From an uncultured Nitrospirales bacterium (GTDB taxonomy: Bacteria; Hydrogenedentota; Hydrogenedentia; Hydrogenedentales; Hydrogenedentaceae): 32,849 nucleotides of DNA. Within the stretch, counting starts at the first letter, position 1. Every line of letters begins with the position of its first letter. Made by a program: the position numbers and the translations under genes. The stretch spans positions 1 through 32,849 of the forward strand of contig CAZZMK010000156.1 in NCBI GenBank assembly GCA_964655185.1. The letters run 5' to 3'. Below, in pieces: positions 27,882-32,849 of the stretch. The notes beneath the pieces are model-generated. The model had not been told where the DNA came from, ran no database searches, and worked only from the letters and a program-made list of their open reading frames with translations.

Positions 27882-28610
27882 ATGATAGAACTTGGAGTAA
27901 ACATAGACCATGTAGCAACACTGAGGGAGGCAAGAAAAGGTAAAGTACCTGATGTTATTACTGCAGCCAAAGTGTGTGAGATTGCAGGGGCACATCAGAT
28001 TACTGTACATCTTCGTCAGGATAGGAGGCACATCCAAGATAGAGATGTAGAAAGACTTAAAGAAGTTTTATTAGTTCGGTTGAATCTTGAGATGGCTGCG
28101 GTAGATGAGATAATAAATATTGCACATCGAATCTGTCCGCACTCCGTCTGTTTAGTACCCGAAAATAGGCAGGAAATAACAACCGAAGGTGGACTAAATG
28201 TTAAGGAGCAGAAAGATTGGCTTAAGAAAGTTGTTGATGGTATGCATGAGCGCGGAATCAAGGTAAGTATGTTTGTTGACCCTGAAATAGACCAGATTGA
28301 GGCAAGTGCAGAAATTGGTGCGGATAGTGTTGAACTCCATACCGGTGCTTATGCAAATGCTGAGGGGAAACAAAAGGAAAAGGAATTAAGAAGATTATAT
28401 GAGGCAGGTGCAGTTGCAGTTAAGTTAGGATTAAATTTACACGCTGGCCATGGCCTTACTGTGAGGAATCTCGAACCAGTGGCAAGGATACCAAATTTGA
28501 AAGAGGTTAATATTGGGCATGACATAATTGCGAGGTCTATTTTTATCGGGCTCGAGTCCGCTGTTAAAGAAATCTTACACATCCTTGATAAAGTAAGTCG
28601 TACTTCATAA
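27882..28610 (+). CDS. pdxJ: Pyridoxine 5'-phosphate synthase
   Basis: 242 aa. LGVNIDHVATLREAR, ITVHLRQDRRHI, CLVPE, ELHTG, HAGHGL and NIGH. Confidence 0.93.
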   Translation: MIELGVNIDHVATLREARKGKVPDVITAAKVCEIAGAHQITVHLRQDRRHIQDRDVERLKEVLLVRLNLEMAAVDEIINIAHRICPHSVCLVPENRQEITTEGGLNVKEQKDWLKKVVDGMHERGIKVSMFVDPEIDQIEASAEIGADSVELHTGAYANAEGKQKEKELRRLYEAGAVAVKLGLNLHAGHGLTVRNLEPVARIPNLKEVNIGHDIIARSIFIGLESAVKEILHILDKVSRTS

Positions 28611-28675
28611 CATACTACTTTGGCAAATATCAAATATTAAACGAATACTTTCATAATAAAAGTAATTTTTTGTTT

Positions 28676-29833
28676 ATGGATAATAAAAATAAAAAAAGAA
28701 TTACAATGTTAAATGTCTTACATGAGCCGTATGATAAACGGATGTATCATAAATTGGCTAAAAGTTTAGTTTCTGCAGGCTATCAAGTGGCATATATCTG
28801 CCCCAATGCGGGAAAGGATAATCCTAAAAGTGAATTTGGCGTGGAGTTTATAGTTTACCCTTATAAGAAAGGTTGGCTTAATAGAGTTCTCTCAATATTT
28901 CGATTAATCAAACTTGGCTTCGGTGTCCCTACCGATGTATATATGGCGCCTGAGCCAGAATCTTGGCTATCAGCCTTGGTGTTGAAGTTATTAAAAGGCG
29001 GGAAAGTTGTGTTTGATATGCACGAACATAATCCCAATAAAATGGCTCAATTTTTTCCCCGCTTTTTACATAAGCCTGTTGAGTGGTTAACAACCAAAAT
29101 TATGAGATTAATGGCTCGGTTCACCGATTTAATCATATTAACAAGAAATAGTTTCGAAGATATCTGGAAAGGCATATCCACTCCGAGAATTACAATTATA
29201 AATACTAATCATTTACAGCCAGTATGTTCAGATATTCCTGAAGAGTTGGCAGAAAAGTACGGGGGAAAAAATACGATTATTCATCAGGGTGTTTTTGGAA
29301 CTATTAGGGGTTCATATCAACTTTTAGATGCAGTTGATATTGCAGTTAAAGAGATACCTGACCTTTGTTGTATAATATTAGGTGAATATGTTTACGGTAG
29401 TGAAGAAGACTACCGAAAGGCTATAAAACAACGAGGCTTGGAGGAGCATATCCATCTTCTTGGTGTTGTTCCCTTTGAGGAGGTTCCTAAATATATTCGT
29501 GTTTCTAAAATAGGATTAATAGTATTTCAACCTGGTTTTTTAAATCATACTCTTGCTATGCCTCATAAACTGTTTGACTATATGCGAGAAGAGATTCCGG
29601 TAATTGTTCCTGATTTCGCTGTAGAAGTGGTTAAAATTGTAAAGGAGTGTGGCTGTGGCTTATGCGTCGATGTCTCTAACCCTCGGGCTATAGCGGATGC
29701 AATAATTTATCTCCTTACCCATCCAGAAGATGCTAAAGAAATGGGTAAGAGGGGTAGATACGCTGTTGAAACTAAATATAATTGGCAAAAAGAAGAAGTA
29801 GTGCTTCTTGATAGTATAAAAAGTATTTTGTGA
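28676..29833 (+). CDS. Family-4-type (GT-B) glycosyltransferase
   Basis: About 385 aa. The N-terminal half is Glyco_trans_4-like. The C-terminal half (IHLLGVVPFEEVPKYI...PHKLFDYMREEIPVIV...GCGLCVD) resembles the Glycos_transf_1 EX7E region. The track start is TTG 28670; the first ATG is 28676, and 28706 is an alternative. Confidence 0.75.
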   Translation: MDNKNKKRITMLNVLHEPYDKRMYHKLAKSLVSAGYQVAYICPNAGKDNPKSEFGVEFIVYPYKKGWLNRVLSIFRLIKLGFGVPTDVYMAPEPESWLSALVLKLLKGGKVVFDMHEHNPNKMAQFFPRFLHKPVEWLTTKIMRLMARFTDLIILTRNSFEDIWKGISTPRITIINTNHLQPVCSDIPEELAEKYGGKNTIIHQGVFGTIRGSYQLLDAVDIAVKEIPDLCCIILGEYVYGSEEDYRKAIKQRGLEEHIHLLGVVPFEEVPKYIRVSKIGLIVFQPGFLNHTLAMPHKLFDYMREEIPVIVPDFAVEVVKIVKECGCGLCVDVSNPRAIADAIIYLLTHPEDAKEMGKRGRYAVETKYNWQKEEVVLLDSIKSIL

Positions 29834-29860
29834 GGTATTTTGAGAGGAGTATTAAGGTTT

Positions 29861-30478
29861 ATGGGCTTTAGGTTTGATATTCATCTCCATACAAGAGAAC
29901 ACTCTCCGTGTAGTTTACTCTATCCCGAGGAAATGGTGGAGAGTGCAATTGCTTCTAAATTAAACGGTGTAGTGATAACTGAGCACCACTATAAGTGGAC
30001 TGAATCGCAAATTAAGGATTTAAAAAAGAAAGTAAATTGTAATGGCTTTGTTATACTTTCTGGAGCAGAGATAACCACAGATGCAGGGGATTTGCTTGTA
30101 TACGGTGTGCCTGAGGATGTTTTAGTAAAGTGGCATCAATTTGTTCCTGTGGAAATAGTAATAGAAGAAGTCGAGAAACATTCTGGGCTTTGCATTGCAG
30201 CACATCCAACGCGGAGTTATCACCATTTTGATGAGAGATTGGAAGAATTGCCAATTCCCGCTATTGAAGTATCAAGTGTGAATATGAATGTATATGAGCA
30301 AGAGAGGGCTATTGATTGGGCTCGAAAGTTAGGTAAGATTCAGGTTTGTGCCAGCGATGCTCACCAGATTCATCATGTCGGTAGGTACTGGATAGAGGTT
30401 GAATGTCCGGTAAATAGTGAATTGGACTTGATTAATGCGATAAAATCTGGTAAGTTTAAAATGGGAATACGTAAATAA
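29861..30478 (+). CDS. PHP-domain metal-dependent phosphoesterase
   Basis: About 205 aa. His-rich PHP motifs FDIHLHTREHS, VITEHH, AAHP and ASDAH. The track start is TTG 29840; the ATG at 29861 follows GAGAGGAG. Confidence 0.7.
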   Translation: MGFRFDIHLHTREHSPCSLLYPEEMVESAIASKLNGVVITEHHYKWTESQIKDLKKKVNCNGFVILSGAEITTDAGDLLVYGVPEDVLVKWHQFVPVEIVIEEVEKHSGLCIAAHPTRSYHHFDERLEELPIPAIEVSSVNMNVYEQERAIDWARKLGKIQVCASDAHQIHHVGRYWIEVECPVNSELDLINAIKSGKFKMGIRK

Positions 30479-30495
30479 CCTCAGAGCCAAGATGT

Positions 30496-31155
30496 ATGGA
30501 AGACTTAGAGGGTAAAGAAACATTAGTAAAAAAAGAAGAGCCTGTCGAAGAAACAACAAGTGTATATCAAGAGTTGATTTCTTTTGTAAAACTCTTGTTT
30601 TTTGTAGTATTTGTGTGGTGGGTAATGCATACCTTTATTATTGAGGGGTATGAAGTTTGGGGCCCATCTATGATGGGTACTCTAAGTGAGGGGGATAGAA
30701 TAATTGTGTTTAAATTGCCATGTGTTTTTAGAAATTTCCCTTACCTTCCAGAAAGTTGGAAGATACACGAGGGAGATATAGTTGTATTTCAGGGTAAGGG
30801 AGAAAATGAGAGGAGGTATGTAAAGCGGGTTGTGGCTATGCTACCATCTTCATCAGGAAATATAGTAAATGCCTCTGGTATAAGAGGTCAGGATTATCCA
30901 CTTAAGAAGGTTGAATATGTAAATAGCAAACTATATATCAATAACAGAATAGTTCAAGAGGATTATTTAGACCCATATTGGGGTTCCTCAGATGAGCAAG
31001 ATGTTGTATATCTTAAGCCAGGTGAATGTTATGTGCTTGGAGATAATAGAAAAAATAGTAAGGATAGTAGATTTTTTGGCCCTATAACGGAAGACCAAAT
31101 TATAGGTAAGGCTATTTTTAGATTTTGGCCACTTAATAAGATAGGTAAGTTGTGA
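30496..31155 (+). CDS. lepB: Signal peptidase I
   Basis: 219 aa. TM anchor, catalytic Ser box GPSMMGTL, Lys box YVKRVVA, and GDNRKNSKDSRFFGP. Confidence 0.85.
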   Translation: MEDLEGKETLVKKEEPVEETTSVYQELISFVKLLFFVVFVWWVMHTFIIEGYEVWGPSMMGTLSEGDRIIVFKLPCVFRNFPYLPESWKIHEGDIVVFQGKGENERRYVKRVVAMLPSSSGNIVNASGIRGQDYPLKKVEYVNSKLYINNRIVQEDYLDPYWGSSDEQDVVYLKPGECYVLGDNRKNSKDSRFFGPITEDQIIGKAIFRFWPLNKIGKL

Positions 31156-31892
31156 ACTTCGATATTATCATATCTGATGTTCATCTTAAAACAAATCCCG
31201 AGGACAAGGAACGAAGAAACAAGTTTGAGTTTTTTCTTAGGGGATTTCTTCAGGATAATCCTCGAAGGTTAATTTGCTTGGGGGATATCTTTGATTTTTG
31301 GTTTGAGTATAAGTATGTGATATTTGCTCCTTATTTTGGCGTTTTATCTGCATTTTATGAACTTAAACAGAAGGGAACGGAACTAATATTTGTTGGTGGA
31401 AATCATGACTTTTGGGTAGGGGATACATTGAGGGAAGTAGGTTTCAAAATTTTGAATTCGGGCGATGTTTTGGAGTTTGACAATTTTAAAGCATTGTTGG
31501 TTCACGGGGATGGGCTAAATGAGAGTGATTATGGATATAGACTGTTTAAGAGAATTTCGAGAAACAAGTTAATGATTAAACTATTCAAATTGGTTCATCC
31601 TGATATTGCTGTTGGTATTGCATCAGTCTTAAGTAAAGGAAGTAGGAAAATTCAAGAAGGGAGAAGAGAAGGACCGTTAAGAGATGCTCGTGCCATAAAG
31701 GATTTTGCTATGAAGGTGTTTGAAAAAGGTGAGGTAGATGCGGTTATTTCAGGGCATTGCCATATTCCTGAATGCAAATCTTTTGAGGTTAATGGAAAGA
31801 GGTATTGGTATGTGAATTCAGGCGATTGGGTTGAAAACTATACTTATGTGGTCTGGAATGGTGAGGAGTTTATGTTGAAAAAGTTGAATTAG
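31152..31892 (+). CDS. lpxH: UDP-2,3-diacylglucosamine diphosphatase-like calcineurin-type metallophosphoesterase
   Basis: 246 aa. ISDVHL, GDIFDFW, GGNHDFW, VHGD and GHCH, with size and motif order as in LpxH. The GTG start overlaps the lepB stop (GTGA). A generic metallophosphoesterase cannot be excluded by eye. Confidence 0.65.
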   Translation: MNFDIIISDVHLKTNPEDKERRNKFEFFLRGFLQDNPRRLICLGDIFDFWFEYKYVIFAPYFGVLSAFYELKQKGTELIFVGGNHDFWVGDTLREVGFKILNSGDVLEFDNFKALLVHGDGLNESDYGYRLFKRISRNKLMIKLFKLVHPDIAVGIASVLSKGSRKIQEGRREGPLRDARAIKDFAMKVFEKGEVDAVISGHCHIPECKSFEVNGKRYWYVNSGDWVENYTYVVWNGEEFMLKKLN

Positions 31893-31912
31893 TAGAAATG
31901 TAATGTGTTTAA

Positions 31913-32849
31913 CTATTCTGTCGATTTCTTTCTGAAACCAACGCTCTTAGGGTTGGGTTTGAACTCGGTTGGGGTTGTTTGTGTGGGCTGAATCTGCTTC
32001 TCGATTTTTTTACTTTCATCACCTTCTTTTGTTGGCGGAGTAATTACGGGTTTGGGGAGAGTCTCAACAGGTTTTATTAAAGGAGGTTCGGGTTCTATTG
32101 GAGTTTCTACCCTAATTTTTTGAAGTGTTTTAGCCATTTCTTCTATGCAGAGGGCTATTTCTTCTCTCTTTTTCAGTAGGATTTGGGGGTCTCGAGTGAA
32201 ATTCACAAGGTCAGGAACAATATTTTTAAAGTCGTAAATAAGTTCGGCTTTTTTGGCAATCTCAGAGTTTGGAGCCTTTTCCTTTAATTCTTTGAGAAGT
32301 TTACTGAATATCGTGAGATAGTCGTAGTCATCTACTCCGTCTCGGATAATTTCCCAGCGAATTGAATTTATAGGTCCATCTTCACCAGGATATACAAGGT
32401 ATCCATCTCCATTGGTGGGTATTACATCAAGAGGGCATTTTGTAGGGTCTTTGTCTTTAGTGTAATTGATGCACCAGTAATGAATCCCCTTTATGCCTAA
32501 CATCCATGCTTGCCAAAATAGTATTCTATGCTCAATTCCTGCAAAGTCAAGGAAGAAGTTTGCATAAGGTCTCGGTGGTGAATGGTCAACACACCACCAT
32601 ACTTCTTTTCCTTTTTGAATTTGTTCAAGAATAATTTTGTTATACGGGGTGTCCATAATTGGACTGTGTATGCACCAGATATCGACTTTTTCCGGAAGGA
32701 TTGGATATATTCCTCTTGTGGTAAGCATAAGTGGTATTTGAGGAGCAATTTCTTTCCATCTGTTTACAATTGACAGAACTGCTTCGGACTCATTTTCCCT
32801 TGGATATTCCCATATATGAGTAAATGTACATTTCATAAGGTTATTCTGA
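31913..32849 (-). CDS. DUF4091-like (GH123-related C-terminal domain) protein with a Pro-rich C-terminal tail; the N-terminus is probably outside the window
   Basis: VWWCVDHSPPRPYANFF, ILFWQAWMLGIKGIHYWCINY, and GDGYLVYPGEDGPINSIRWEIIRDGVDDYDYL resemble DUF4091. The tail reads VETPIEPEPPLIKPVETLPKPVITPPTKEG. The first in-window ATG is 32836, but the frame stays open (QNNL) to the window edge. Confidence 0.55.
   Translation of the reverse strand, partial: QNNLMKCTFTHIWEYPRENESEAVLSIVNRWKEIAPQIPLMLTTRGIYPILPEKVDIWCIHSPIMDTPYNKIILEQIQKGKEVWWCVDHSPPRPYANFFLDFAGIEHRILFWQAWMLGIKGIHYWCINYTKDKDPTKCPLDVIPTNGDGYLVYPGEDGPINSIRWEIIRDGVDDYDYLTIFSKLLKELKEKAPNSEIAKKAELIYDFKNIVPDLVNFTRDPQILLKKREEIALCIEEMAKTLQKIRVETPIEPEPPLIKPVETLPKPVITPPTKEGDESKKIEKQIQPTQTTPTEFKPNPKSVGFRKKSTE

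Overview
Visibly AT-rich, tightly packed chromosomal segment from a diderm bacterium. Diderm evidence is LpxH and a beta-barrel outer-membrane protein ending in Phe; a full rod-shape peptidoglycan machinery is also present. Lineage cannot be assigned from the sequence alone.

Content is almost entirely conserved core metabolism and envelope biogenesis:
- guaB-guaA on the minus strand. guaA runs off the 5' edge, so it is missing from the supplied ORF track.
- A plus-strand run: MATE transporter, alginate-export-type beta-barrel, LOG, and a fused membrane/spermidine-synthase-like protein.
- An NSS transporter followed by an unlisted 58-codon MetS-like micro-ORF.
- A photolyase.
- A CN-hydrolase / sulfatase-fold gene pair.
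- A complete elongasome operon, mreB-mreC-mreD-mrdA-rodA-rng, on the minus strand.
- A plus-strand run ftsH-folP-glmM-pdxJ-GT4-PHP-lepB-lpxH.
- A DUF4091-like gene that stays open to the 3' edge.

I found no tRNA or rRNA, CRISPR array, transposase or integrase, phage genes, toxin-antitoxin pair or recognisable defence module. I do not see a clear-cut novel multi-gene system here.

The items most worth a second look:
1. An orphan MshEN/GspE-N (c-di-GMP-receptor type) protein with an unrecognisable N-terminal half. It sits behind the only long non-coding region and overlaps the 3' end of the elongasome operon.
2. The 892-aa internally duplicated membrane / spermidine-synthase-like / helical-repeat fusion, which has an apparently degenerate catalytic motif.
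3. The translationally coupled micro-ORF after the NSS transporter.
4. A sulfatase-fold enzyme with Thr at the nucleophile position, paired with a CN hydrolase.

All functional calls come from motif recognition by eye; no database search was run.
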